From an uncultured Spiribacter sp. (lineage in GTDB: Bacteria; Pseudomonadota; Gammaproteobacteria; Nitrococcales; Nitrococcaceae): a DNA stretch of 64,000 bases. The DNA lies in assembly GCA_937884605.1 (NCBI GenBank), contig CALGDM010000007.1, positions 6,714-70,713 on the forward strand, given 5' to 3'. Made by a program: the position numbers and the translations under genes. The notes beneath the pieces were generated by a model. That model saw only the letters and a list, made by a program, of their open reading frames with translations. It was not told the DNA's origin and did not search any database. The stretch's first letter is position 1. Every line of letters begins with the position of its first letter. This document shows positions 30,916 to 40,996 of this stretch, piece after piece.

Positions 30916-31925
30916 CGGCTTGCGCACTCCTCCAGTCTCAGGGCAACTCCTGCCATGTTGTAACCTACGCCCGAACCCACCAGCGTGACCAGATCCCCCG
31001 GCCCGGTCAGGCCGTTTTCGATGGCGTGATCGAGGGCGATGGGGATGCAGGCCGAGCCGGTATAGCCGTAGCGATCCATCAGCGTGGGGGCCCTTTGGGG
31101 GGCGATACCCAGTGTTTGGCAGGCCTCGTGAATGCTGGCGGCGTTGATCTGGGTAAAGATCGCCTGATCGATGGTGGTCAGGGCAAACCCGCCCTGGCGG
31201 GCGAGCCGATGCATTACCAGCGGCCAGCCGACGGCGTTGATGGCCGGGGGATAGCGGCGATGGACCTGCACCCGAGTGCGCCCGGCCGCCACCGCGTCGT
31301 GACTGGCGGGCTCGGCGGTGCCGCCGGCGGCAATGTCCCAGTGATCGGCATAGCGCCCGTCGGCGTGGAAGGCGCTGGTGATCACGCCGTCGCCGTCGGT
31401 GGGCGCGAGCAGTGCGGCGCCGGCCCCGTCGCCATAGAAAAACACCATGGGGTCGGCGGGATCGGCGAGCCGCTGCATCATGTAGGCGCCGATCACCAGG
31501 ATCCGCTGCAGCGATGGGTTGGTGGCCATGAGGCCGGTGGCGGTGGCGAGCGCGGTGGGAAACGACGCGCAGGCGCAGCCGATGTCGAGGGTGCCGGCGT
31601 GGTGGGCGCCCAGCTTGGCCTGGACAATCACGCTGGTGGCAGGGGTAATGCGATCGGGGGTGTCGGTGCCGAGGATGATCAGATCAAGCCCGTCGGCGCG
31701 CCAGCCGGCCCGCTCCAGGGCCTGTTGGGCCGCGGCCACGGCCAGATCCGAGGTGACCTGCTCGGGCGCCGCCCGGTAGCGCTGGCGGATGCCCGAGCTG
31801 GCCTCGAAGCGGTCGACGGTGTCGGCCTGGCCCGTCGCCGCCAGATCCGCCCGCAGCTCGTCGTTGCTCACGAGGCGCTCGGGGAGGTAGCGCCCGGTGG
31901 CAACGACGGCGGCGGACCGGCTCAT
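30912..31925 (-). CDS. KAS III (FabH)-like thiolase-fold protein with Cys retained and apparently no catalytic His/Asn
   Basis: 337 aa, colinear with E. coli FabH. ATGRYLPERLVSNDEL matches GTGSYLPEQVRTNADL, and DIGCACASF matches DVAAACAGF. However IFTQIN replaces VPHQAN and GYTGSAC replaces GNTSAAS. Confidence 0.8.
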   Translation of the reverse strand: MSRSAAVVATGRYLPERLVSNDELRADLAATGQADTVDRFEASSGIRQRYRAAPEQVTSDLAVAAAQQALERAGWRADGLDLIILGTDTPDRITPATSVIVQAKLGAHHAGTLDIGCACASFPTALATATGLMATNPSLQRILVIGAYMMQRLADPADPMVFFYGDGAGAALLAPTDGDGVITSAFHADGRYADHWDIAAGGTAEPASHDAVAAGRTRVQVHRRYPPAINAVGWPLVMHRLARQGGFALTTIDQAIFTQINAASIHEACQTLGIAPQRAPTLMDRYGYTGSACIPIALDHAIENGLTGPGDLVTLVGSGVGYNMAGVALRLEECASR

Positions 31926-31931
31926 CGCGGG

Positions 31932-33725
31932 TCAGCGTTTCTTTTTGGGTATGTACAGATCCGTGAGCGTGCCGGCGGCCGCCTCGGCGGCCATGCCCAC
32001 CGTCTCGGAGATGGTCGGGTGGGGATGGATGGTCAGGCCAATGTCGTGCATGTCGGCGCCCATCTCGATGGCAAGGCCCACCTCGGCGATCAGGTCACCG
32101 GCGTTGGGCCCGACGATACCGGCGCCGACCACGCGCTCGGTGTCGCGCTCGAAGATCAGCTTGGTAATGCCCTCGTCCCGGCCCAGTGACAGCGAACGGC
32201 CATTGGCGGCCCAGGGAAAGCTGCCCACCTCGACATCCATGCCCTCGGCCTTGGCCTGTTCCTGGGTGACGCCCACCCAGGCCACCTCGGGATCGGTGTA
32301 GGCCACCGACGGGATGACCCGAGCGTCGAAGGCGCTCTTCTCGCCGGCGGCCACTTCGGCGGCCACCTTGCCCTCGTGAACCGCCTTGTGGGCGAGCATC
32401 GGCTGACCGATCAGATCCCCGATGGCAAAGATGTGATCGACCCGGGTGCGCATCTGGTCGTCCGCCGGGATGCAACCGTTGTCCATCAGCTCGAGGCTGG
32501 TGGCCTCGAGGTTGAGCAGATCGGTATTAGGCCGCCGGCCCACCGAAACCAGCACCCGGTCGAAACGGTCCTCGGCCGGCGCCTTGCCACCCTCGAACTC
32601 GACGCTGACCCCGTCATCGTCGGGCTTGAGCGCGCTGACTTTGGTATTGAGGAAGATGTTCGCGTAGCGCTTGTCGATGATCTTGCGAAACGGCTTGACG
32701 ATGTCCGGATCGGCGCCCGCCATCAGGCGGTCGGCGAGCTCGACAACGGTGATTTCACTGCCGAGGGCATGGTAGACCGAGGCCATTTCCAGGCCGATGA
32801 TGCCGCCGCCCACCACCAGCATGCGCTTGGGGACTTCCTCGAGCTTGAGGGCATCGGTGGAGTCCATGATGCGTGGGTGGTCCAGATCGAAACCCGGCGG
32901 TGCGATGGGCCGTGAGCCCGCGGCGATGATCACGTTGCGATAGCTGATGCGGCGCTCGCCGTCGGCGGTCTCGACGCTGACGTGATAGTCATCGACGAAC
33001 TGCGCCGGTCCGTGGACGGTCTCGACATTGCGCTGCTTGGCCAGGCCCACCAGACCGCCGGTGAGCTTGCCGACCACGCTCGACTTCCATGACTCGAGCT
33101 TTTTCAGGTCGATCTTCGGCTCACCGAACTCGATGCCGTTATCGGCAAAGAATGCCGCATCGTCGATGACCTTGGCGGCGTGCAGGAGCGCCTTCGAGGG
33201 GATGCAGCCCACGTTCAGGCAGACCCCGCCGATGGTCGGGTAGCGCTCGATCATGATGGTCTTCAGCCCCAGATCGGCGGCGCGGAAGGCGGCGCTATAG
33301 CCCCCGGGCCCGGCCCCCACCACCAGCACGTCACAATCCGGTGCGTCCGGCGCGGCCTGGTTGGCGGCCGTGGGCGCCGCAGCGGCGGCCGGTGCCGGTG
33401 CCTCGGCAGGGGCTTCGGCGGGGGCCTCGGCCGCCGGCTCGGCGGCAGCGGTGGCGCCGTCGTCCCCGGCATCGCCCGCGCCGTCGGCGGGCACCGCCAT
33501 GGCAATCACGTCGCCCTCGGCCACCTTGTCGCCGACGCTGACCGACACCGACTCGATCTGCCCGTCGAACGGCGCCGGTACTTCCATGGTGGCCTTGTCG
33601 CTCTCGAGGGTGATGAGCGAGCTCTCGGCCTCCACCGTATCGCCCGGGCCGACCAGCACCTCAATGATCTCGACCGCGTCGAAGTCGCCGATATCCGGGA
33701 CGCGAACTTCCTTGGCTTGTGACAT
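31932..33725 (-). CDS. lpd: Dihydrolipoyl dehydrogenase (E3) with an N-terminal lipoyl domain
   Basis: The N-terminal lipoyl module ([15 protein letters not shown]) and an Ala/Pro/Glu linker precede the FAD motif VVGAGPGGY and the redox disulfide [13 protein letters not shown]. This architecture is known from Neisseria, Ralstonia and Pseudomonas type PDH E3 proteins. Confidence 0.93.
   Translation of the reverse strand: MSQAKEVRVPDIGDFDAVEIIEVLVGPGDTVEAESSLITLESDKATMEVPAPFDGQIESVSVSVGDKVAEGDVIAMAVPADGAGDAGDDGATAAAEPAAEAPAEAPAEAPAPAAAAAPTAANQAAPDAPDCDVLVVGAGPGGYSAAFRAADLGLKTIMIERYPTIGGVCLNVGCIPSKALLHAAKVIDDAAFFADNGIEFGEPKIDLKKLESWKSSVVGKLTGGLVGLAKQRNVETVHGPAQFVDDYHVSVETADGERRISYRNVIIAAGSRPIAPPGFDLDHPRIMDSTDALKLEEVPKRMLVVGGGIIGLEMASVYHALGSEITVVELADRLMAGADPDIVKPFRKIIDKRYANIFLNTKVSALKPDDDGVSVEFEGGKAPAEDRFDRVLVSVGRRPNTDLLNLEATSLELMDNGCIPADDQMRTRVDHIFAIGDLIGQPMLAHKAVHEGKVAAEVAAGEKSAFDARVIPSVAYTDPEVAWVGVTQEQAKAEGMDVEVGSFPWAANGRSLSLGRDEGITKLIFERDTERVVGAGIVGPNAGDLIAEVGLAIEMGADMHDIGLTIHPHPTISETVGMAAEAAAGTLTDLYIPKKKR
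33492..33725 (-). repeat. Lipoyl-domain coding module, copy in lpd (paralogous to the aceF copy)
   Basis: The first ~78 codons of lpd and aceF are colinear ([37 protein letters not shown]). A ~145-nt stretch I aligned by eye is roughly four-fifths identical at the DNA level. Confidence 0.8.
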
Positions 33726-33745
33726 GAATCGCGATCCTTTCCGGT

Positions 33746-35104
33746 TTACAGGATGAGGCGGCGCAGATCGCCGAGCACACCCGTCAGGTAAGTGGTAAAG
33801 CGGGCGGCCGCGGCGCCGTCGATGACCCGATGGTCATAGGACAGGCTCAGCGGCAGCATGAGTCGGGGGACGAACTGGCTGCCGTCCCAGACCGGCTTGG
33901 TGGCGGTCTTGGACACGCCCAGGATCGCCACCTCGGGGGCGTTGACGATGGGCGTGAAGGCCGTGCCGCCCAGACCGCCCAGGCTTGAGACGCTGAACGT
34001 GCCGCCCTGCATGTCGCCGGCGCCGAGCTTGCCGTCCCGCGCCTTGCCCGAGAGTTCGGCGAGGTCTGCGGCGATCGCGTAGATGCCCTTCTTGTCGGCA
34101 TCCTTGATCACCGGCACCACCAGGCCCTGGGGGGTGTCCACCGCCACGCCGATATTGATGTAGTGCTTGCGGATCAGTGCGGCGCCGTCGCTGCGCAGCG
34201 AGCTGTTGAAATCAGGAAACGCCTGCAGTGCCCGGGCCGAGGCCTTGACCATGAAGGCAAGCGGCGTGAGCTTGACGCCGGCCTGCTCGGCCGCTGCCTT
34301 TTCGGCCTTGCGAAAGGCATCGAGCTCGGTGATGTCGGCCTCATCGAACTGGGTGACATGCGGGATGTTGAGCCAGCTGCGATGCAGATGCGGGCCCGAG
34401 AGCCGCTTGATGCGGGGCAGATCGACTTCTTCGACTTCGCCGAACTTGCTGAAGTCGACAGCCGGGATGGGCGGGATGCCGGCGCCCTCGGCGGCCGGTG
34501 CCGCGGCCGCTGGAGCCGCCGCGGCGCCCCCTTCCAGCGCCGATTTCACATAGGCCTGCACGTCTTCGCGGCTGATGCGGCCCTTGCGACCGGTCCCGCT
34601 GACCTGATCCAGCGGCACGCCCAGCTCGCGGGCAAAGCGCCGCACCGACGGTCCGGCATGGGCCATGCGCTGGGTCTCGGCGCTGAGTGCAGGAGCGGCG
34701 GCGGCTGGTGCCGGCGCCGGCTCGGGCGCAGGCTTTTCGGCCGGGGCCGGGGCCGGGGCCGGGGCCTCGGCAGCCGGCGCCGGCTCGGGGGCCGGTGCGG
34801 CGGGCTCGGCTGCCGGTGCCTCGGCCGCCGCCGCGTCATCCCCGGCATCGCCGCCGCTATCGCCACTGACCTCGACCTTGGCCACCGGTGTGCCCTCGGC
34901 CACCTTGTCGCCGGGCTGGATCAGCATCTCGGTGACGGTGCCGTCCACCGGACAGGGGACCTCCATGGTCGCCTTGTCGCTCTCCAGGGTGATGATCGAG
35001 TCCTCGGCGGCGACCGTGTCGCCCGGGCCGACCAGTACCTCGATGACGTCCACCGCATCGAAGTCGCCGATGTCGGGGACGGTGATTTCCTTGACCTCTG
35101 CCAC
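33746..35104 (-). CDS. aceF: Pyruvate dehydrogenase E2, dihydrolipoyllysine-residue acetyltransferase (single lipoyl domain)
   Basis: GTG start. It has a lipoyl domain ([15 protein letters not shown]), an Ala/Pro linker, a subunit-binding domain ([16 protein letters not shown]) and a catalytic domain with the DHRVIDGA motif. Confidence 0.93.
   Translation of the reverse strand: MAEVKEITVPDIGDFDAVDVIEVLVGPGDTVAAEDSIITLESDKATMEVPCPVDGTVTEMLIQPGDKVAEGTPVAKVEVSGDSGGDAGDDAAAAEAPAAEPAAPAPEPAPAAEAPAPAPAPAEKPAPEPAPAPAAAAPALSAETQRMAHAGPSVRRFARELGVPLDQVSGTGRKGRISREDVQAYVKSALEGGAAAAPAAAAPAAEGAGIPPIPAVDFSKFGEVEEVDLPRIKRLSGPHLHRSWLNIPHVTQFDEADITELDAFRKAEKAAAEQAGVKLTPLAFMVKASARALQAFPDFNSSLRSDGAALIRKHYINIGVAVDTPQGLVVPVIKDADKKGIYAIAADLAELSGKARDGKLGAGDMQGGTFSVSSLGGLGGTAFTPIVNAPEVAILGVSKTATKPVWDGSQFVPRLMLPLSLSYDHRVIDGAAAARFTTYLTGVLGDLRRLIL
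34743..34766 (+). repeat. Perfect (GGGGCC)x4 hexanucleotide tandem repeat (G-quadruplex consensus) inside the aceF linker
   Basis: I read GGGGCCGGGGCCGGGGCCGGGGCC directly at 34743..34766. On the coding (minus) strand it encodes the APAPAPAPA part of the E2 Ala/Pro linker. Confidence 0.9.
34871..35104 (-). repeat. Lipoyl-domain coding module, copy in aceF (paralogous to the lpd copy)
   Basis: The evidence is the same as for the lpd copy. The two copies are direct repeats about 1.38 kb apart on the same strand. Confidence 0.8.
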
Positions 35105-35133
35105 GCAAATTCCTCCTGCGCCGTGATTCGCCG

Positions 35134-37815
35134 CTAGACCGTGACCGGGTTAGGGGCGTCGGTGTCGATGTTGTAGTGGGCGATCGCCTTGCTGACGGTC
35201 TCGGCACTGATCGTGCCTTCGTCGGCCAGCGCCTTGAGGGCCGCCACGGTGACGTAGTAGCGATCCACCTCGAAGAAGCGGCGCAGGTTTTCGCGCGTGT
35301 CCGAGCGGCCGTAGCCGTCGGTGCCCAGCACCACGTAGTGACGGTCGATGTAGGGCCGGATCTGATCGGCGAAGGCCCGCATGTAGTCGGTGGAGGCAAT
35401 CGCCGGGCCCTGATGATCGGCCAGGCACTGCTGCACGTAGGGCACGCGCGGCGTGTCCTCGGGGTGCAGCATGTTGTGGCGCTCGCAGTCGATACCGTCA
35501 CGACGCAGCTCGGTGAACGACGGGCAGCTCCAGATATCGCTGTCGACGCCCCAGTCCTGCTTGAGCAGATCGGCGGCGGCGATGACTTCCATGAGGATGC
35601 TGCCCGATCCCAGCAGCTGAACCCGCTGCTTGCCGGCGGCTCCTTTCTGGAACCGATACATGCCGCGGCGGATGCCGTCCTCGGCGCCCTCCGGCATGGC
35701 CGGCTGGTGGTAGTTCTCGTTCATCATGGTGATGTAGTAGAAGACCGATTCCTGCTCCGCGTACATCCGCTTCATCCCGTCCTGGATGATCACTGCCATC
35801 TCATAGGCAAAGGTCGGATCGAACGAGCGGCAGTTGGGCAGCGCCGCGGTCATCAGGTGACTGTGGCCGTCCTCGTGCTGCAGGCCCTCGCCGTTGAGCG
35901 TGGTGCGCCCGGCGGTACCCCCCATGAGAAAGCCCTTGGCCTGCATGTCGCCGGCCGCCCACCACAGATCACCGACACGCTGGTAGCCGAACATGGAGTA
36001 GTAGGCAAAGAACGGGATCATCTCGACGCCATGATTGGCGTAGGCGGTGGCCGCGGCGATCCAGCTCGACATGGCGCCGGCCTCGTTGATGCCCTCCTGG
36101 AGGATCTGGCCTTTCTGATCCTCGCGGTAGTACATCAGCTGATCGGCATCCTGCGGCTCGTAGAGCTGGCCCTGCGGGGCATAGATGCCCAGCTGGCGGA
36201 ACAGGCCTTCCATGCCGAAGGTGCGGGCCTCGTCGGGCACGATCGGCACCAGACGCGAGGCCAGGCCCTTGTCGCGGGCGATGATCGACAGCGCGCGGAC
36301 GAACGCCATGGTGGTCGACATCTCGCGCTCGCCGCTGTCCTTGAGCAGCACCTGGAAGGCGGACAGGTCGGGCACCTCCACCGGCTCGGCGGTGATGCGA
36401 CGCTCCGGCAGGTAGCCGCCCAGCGCCTCGCGACGCTCGTGCAGGTACTTGATCTCGGGCGAGTCCTCGGCGGGCTTGTAGAACGGCGCGTCGGCGACCT
36501 TCTCGTCGGGCACCGGGATGTGGAAACGGTCGCGGAACTCCTTGAGGGCGTTCTCGGCCATTTTCTTCTGCTGATGGGTGATGTTCTGGCCTTCGCCGGC
36601 TTCGCCCATGCCATAGCCCTTGACCGTCTTGGCCAGGATGACCGTGGGCTGACCCTCGTGCTCGGTGGCGGCCCGGTAGGCGTTGTAGACCTTGGCGGAG
36701 TCGTGGCCGCCGCGCTTGAGCTGCCAGATGTCCTCGTCGGACATGTTCGCGACCATGGCCTTGAGGTCGGGGTATTTGCCAAAGAAATGCTCGCGGGTAT
36801 AGGCGCCGCCCTTGGCCTTGAAGTTCTGGTACTCGCCGTCCACGGCCTCGTCCATGCGCCGCCGCAGCAGGCCCTGGGAGTCCTTGGCCAGGAGCGGGTC
36901 CCAGGCCGATCCCCAGAGCACCTTGAGCACGTTCCAGCCGGCGCCACGGAACTCGCCCTCGAGCTCCTGGATGATCTTGCCATTGCCGCGCACCGGTCCG
37001 TCCAGGCGCTGGAGGTTGCAATTGACCACAAAGATCAGGTTGTCGAGCCCCTCGCGGGCGGCGACGCCGATGGCGCCGAGACTCTCGGGCTCGTCCATCT
37101 CGCCGTCACCGCAGAACACCCAGACCTTGCGGTCGGCCGTATCGGCGATGCCGCGGTTATGCAGGTACTTGAGGAAGCGGGCCTGGTAGACGCCCATGAT
37201 CGGGCCGAGCCCCATGGACACGGTGGGCAGCTGCCAGAAGTCGGGCATCAGCCAGGGATGCGGATACGACGACAGCGGCTTGCCGGTCTTGGCGAGGTCG
37301 GCGCGAAAGTTGTGCAGATCGTCGTCGTCGAGCCGGCCCTCGAGGTAGGCGCGGGCGTAGATGCCCGGGGCGGAATGGCCCTGGATGAACACCAGGTCGC
37401 CGCCGTGATCCTCGCTTGGCGCGCGCCAGAAGTGGTTGAAGCCCACCTCGTAGAGCGTCGCCGACGAGGCGAACGAGGCGATATGCCCGCCAATGCCGTC
37501 GCGGTCGCGGTTGGCCTGAACCACCATTGCCATGGCATTCCAGCGAATGATCGAGCGGATGCGCGATTCCAGTGCGCGATCACCCGGAAAGGGCTGCTCG
37601 TGCTGGGTGGGGATGGTGTTCTGATAGGCCGTGGTCGCCTTGAAGGGCAACTGACCACCGCTGCGGCGGGCCTTGTCCACGAGCTGTTCGAGCAGAAACT
37701 GTGCCCGCTCCGGGCCCTCGTACTCGAGGACCGACTCAATGGCCTCGAGCCACTCCTGGGTCTCCTGCGGATCCAGGTCGTCCGGCGTCGGCATGGGCGT
37801 CATTTTTGCTGCCAT
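35134..37815 (-). CDS. aceE: Pyruvate dehydrogenase E1 component (homodimeric type)
   Basis: 893 aa. [32 protein letters not shown], the ThDP motif [10 protein letters not shown] and HEDGHSH are present. Confidence 0.95.
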   Translation of the reverse strand: MAAKMTPMPTPDDLDPQETQEWLEAIESVLEYEGPERAQFLLEQLVDKARRSGGQLPFKATTAYQNTIPTQHEQPFPGDRALESRIRSIIRWNAMAMVVQANRDRDGIGGHIASFASSATLYEVGFNHFWRAPSEDHGGDLVFIQGHSAPGIYARAYLEGRLDDDDLHNFRADLAKTGKPLSSYPHPWLMPDFWQLPTVSMGLGPIMGVYQARFLKYLHNRGIADTADRKVWVFCGDGEMDEPESLGAIGVAAREGLDNLIFVVNCNLQRLDGPVRGNGKIIQELEGEFRGAGWNVLKVLWGSAWDPLLAKDSQGLLRRRMDEAVDGEYQNFKAKGGAYTREHFFGKYPDLKAMVANMSDEDIWQLKRGGHDSAKVYNAYRAATEHEGQPTVILAKTVKGYGMGEAGEGQNITHQQKKMAENALKEFRDRFHIPVPDEKVADAPFYKPAEDSPEIKYLHERREALGGYLPERRITAEPVEVPDLSAFQVLLKDSGEREMSTTMAFVRALSIIARDKGLASRLVPIVPDEARTFGMEGLFRQLGIYAPQGQLYEPQDADQLMYYREDQKGQILQEGINEAGAMSSWIAAATAYANHGVEMIPFFAYYSMFGYQRVGDLWWAAGDMQAKGFLMGGTAGRTTLNGEGLQHEDGHSHLMTAALPNCRSFDPTFAYEMAVIIQDGMKRMYAEQESVFYYITMMNENYHQPAMPEGAEDGIRRGMYRFQKGAAGKQRVQLLGSGSILMEVIAAADLLKQDWGVDSDIWSCPSFTELRRDGIDCERHNMLHPEDTPRVPYVQQCLADHQGPAIASTDYMRAFADQIRPYIDRHYVVLGTDGYGRSDTRENLRRFFEVDRYYVTVAALKALADEGTISAETVSKAIAHYNIDTDAPNPVTV

Positions 37816-38005
37816 CTCTGACCTCGTCTTTGTTCACTTGGGACACAGCCTAGCGGGCAGACCGTCCGGTGGCCACACCCCTGATCGCTGTAGGTTATTG
37901 TTGCGCTGCGGAAAAATGCCATCACAACGGTGCCCGACAACCTAACCCAATGGCCGGGGGTTGTCGCCCCATGATTTGTGAGTGCCAAGCACAGGTCGTA
38001 TGAAC

Positions 38006-39402
<1,397 letters not shown>

Positions 39403-39406
39403 AGTC

Positions 39407-40429
39407 GTGACGGATGGACTGACCGACCGGCGCGATCGGCCGCTGCGGGATCTGCGGATTTCGCTGACCGATCGCTGCAATTTCCGCTGCAGTTACTGCA
39501 TGCCCAAGGCCCTGTTTGGTGCCGATCACACGTTTCTGCCGCGTCATCAGTTGCTGTCTTTTGAGGAAATCGCCCGGCTTGCCCGGGTGTTCGCGTCGCT
39601 GGGCGTGCGCAAACTGCGCCTGACCGGGGGTGAGCCACTGCTGCGGCGCGAGCTGGAGACGCTGATCGGTCTGCTGCACGAGATCGACGGCATCGAAGAC
39701 ATCAGTCTGACCACCAATGCCTCGCTGCTGACCCGGGACAAGGCCCGGGCGCTGCGGGCGGCGGGTCTGGATCGGCTGACGGTCAGTCTGGATGGCATCG
39801 ATGATGCGACTTTCCGGGCGATGAATGACGTGGGATTTCCGGTGGCAAAGGTGCTGGCGGGGATCGATCACGCCGAGGCCGCCGGACTGGGGCCGATCAA
39901 GATCAACATGGTGGTGCGCAAAGGCGTCAACGATGGCGATATTCTGCCCATGGCCGGGCATTTTCGCGGGACGGCGCACATCGTGCGGTTTATCGAGTAC
40001 ATGGATGTCGGCAACAGCAATGGCTGGCGGCTCGATCAGGTCGTCCCGTCCCGCGACGTGGTGGATCGGATCAACGCCCGGTGGCCGATCGAGCCGGTGG
40101 CACCCAATTATCGTGGCGAGGTGGCCGAGCGCTATCGCTATCGGGACGGCGCCGGCGAGCTCGGCCTGATCAGTTCCGTGACCCAGCCCTTCTGCGGTAC
40201 CTGCCAGCGTGCGCGCCTGTCCGCCGAGGGCCAGCTATTTACCTGCCTGTTCGCCAGTGATGGCCATGATCTGCGCGACCGGCTGCGTCGCGGTGACAGT
40301 GACGCCGCGGTCCAGGAGGCGCTGACGGCGATCTGGTCGCAGCGCGATGATCGCTACTCCGAGCTCCGTACCGCCGGTGTACAACCCATCGACAGCCGCC
40401 GCATCGAGATGTCCTACATCGGGGGCTAG
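39407..40429 (+). CDS. moaA: GTP 3',8-cyclase MoaA (radical SAM)
   Basis: The GTG start lies 4 nt after the moaE stop. LRISLTDRCNFRCSYCMP carries the CxxxCxxC radical SAM cluster. The C-terminal cluster is FCGTCQRARLSAEG, and the protein ends with the GG tail. Confidence 0.92.
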   Translation: MTDGLTDRRDRPLRDLRISLTDRCNFRCSYCMPKALFGADHTFLPRHQLLSFEEIARLARVFASLGVRKLRLTGGEPLLRRELETLIGLLHEIDGIEDISLTTNASLLTRDKARALRAAGLDRLTVSLDGIDDATFRAMNDVGFPVAKVLAGIDHAEAAGLGPIKINMVVRKGVNDGDILPMAGHFRGTAHIVRFIEYMDVGNSNGWRLDQVVPSRDVVDRINARWPIEPVAPNYRGEVAERYRYRDGAGELGLISSVTQPFCGTCQRARLSAEGQLFTCLFASDGHDLRDRLRRGDSDAAVQEALTAIWSQRDDRYSELRTAGVQPIDSRRIEMSYIGG

Positions 40430-40995
40430 GCGCCTGCTCGTAGCACCCGGCCGCTGTCGGCGTCGCGGATTTCCGAGGGGCCGCGCTGGCCGCCCAGCGG
40501 CCCGGGCACAAACCAGTCTAGCTGCCGGCCAAAGCAGCGCTGCACCTGCCAGCCGCGCCGGCAGGCGGGTTTGCCGCTGCGATTGGCGCTGGTGGACACC
40601 AGCGCCGAGCCGGCGGCATGACACAGGTTGATGACCGGGGGGTGGCGCGTGATCCGCACTGCAATGGTCCGGCGCCCCCCGGTCAGCAGGTCGGGGAGGC
40701 CCTCGGCGGCCCGCATGACCCAGGTGACCGGACCCGGCCAGGTGGCCAGTATTGCCGCGCGCCGCGAATCGCTGGCGGGCCACTGCACCAGCCCCTGGAT
40801 CTGGTCGATGCCCGCCGCGATCACGATCAGGCCCTTGTCCGCGCCCCGGCCCTTGAGCCGGATCAGGCGGGCGATGGCATCGCTGTCGAGTGGGTCGCAG
40901 CCCAGTCCCCAGACACCTTCGGTGGGATAGGCCCCGACGCCGCCGGCATGGATCTGAGCGCGGACCCGGCGCAGGGCCGGCGAGGGGCTGCGCAT
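40426..40995 (-). CDS. tsaC: L-threonylcarbamoyladenylate synthase TsaC (YrdC)
   Basis: YPTEGVWGLGCDP, RLIRLKGR, VTWV, RITRHP and STSANRSG are present. Confidence 0.85.
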   Translation of the reverse strand: MRSPSPALRRVRAQIHAGGVGAYPTEGVWGLGCDPLDSDAIARLIRLKGRGADKGLIVIAAGIDQIQGLVQWPASDSRRAAILATWPGPVTWVMRAAEGLPDLLTGGRRTIAVRITRHPPVINLCHAAGSALVSTSANRSGKPACRRGWQVQRCFGRQLDWFVPGPLGGQRGPSEIRDADSGRVLRAGA

Positions 40996-40996
40996 A

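Noticed and set aside
33340-33480. Repetitive GC-rich stretches in the lpd and aceF linkers, the hemX N-terminus and the tatB tail (for example the [12 protein letters not shown] coding repeats), considered as possible CRISPR or tandem-repeat arrays.
   Set aside because: They are in frame within well-supported genes and encode Ala/Pro/Glu-rich interdomain linkers or tails. There is no repeat-spacer periodicity and no cas genes. Only the perfect (GGGGCC)x4 run was kept as a minor observation.
35176-37821. An 881-aa plus-strand ORF antisense to aceE.
   Set aside because: This is the same shadow-ORF situation: the offset from the aceE frame is 42 nt, divisible by 3. There are no motifs, and aceE on the minus strand is unambiguous.
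37886-37896. An 11-mer, TATTGTTGCGC, shared between the aceE/hemF spacer (37886..37896) and the hemC upstream hairpin (17923..17933). It could be a common operator for heme or aerobic metabolism genes.
   Set aside because: There are only two copies, and their orientations relative to the downstream genes are opposite. The palindromic partner half-site present at hemC is missing at aceE. A chance match between AT-richer intergenic segments cannot be excluded without a genome-wide motif count, so I do not claim it as a regulatory site.
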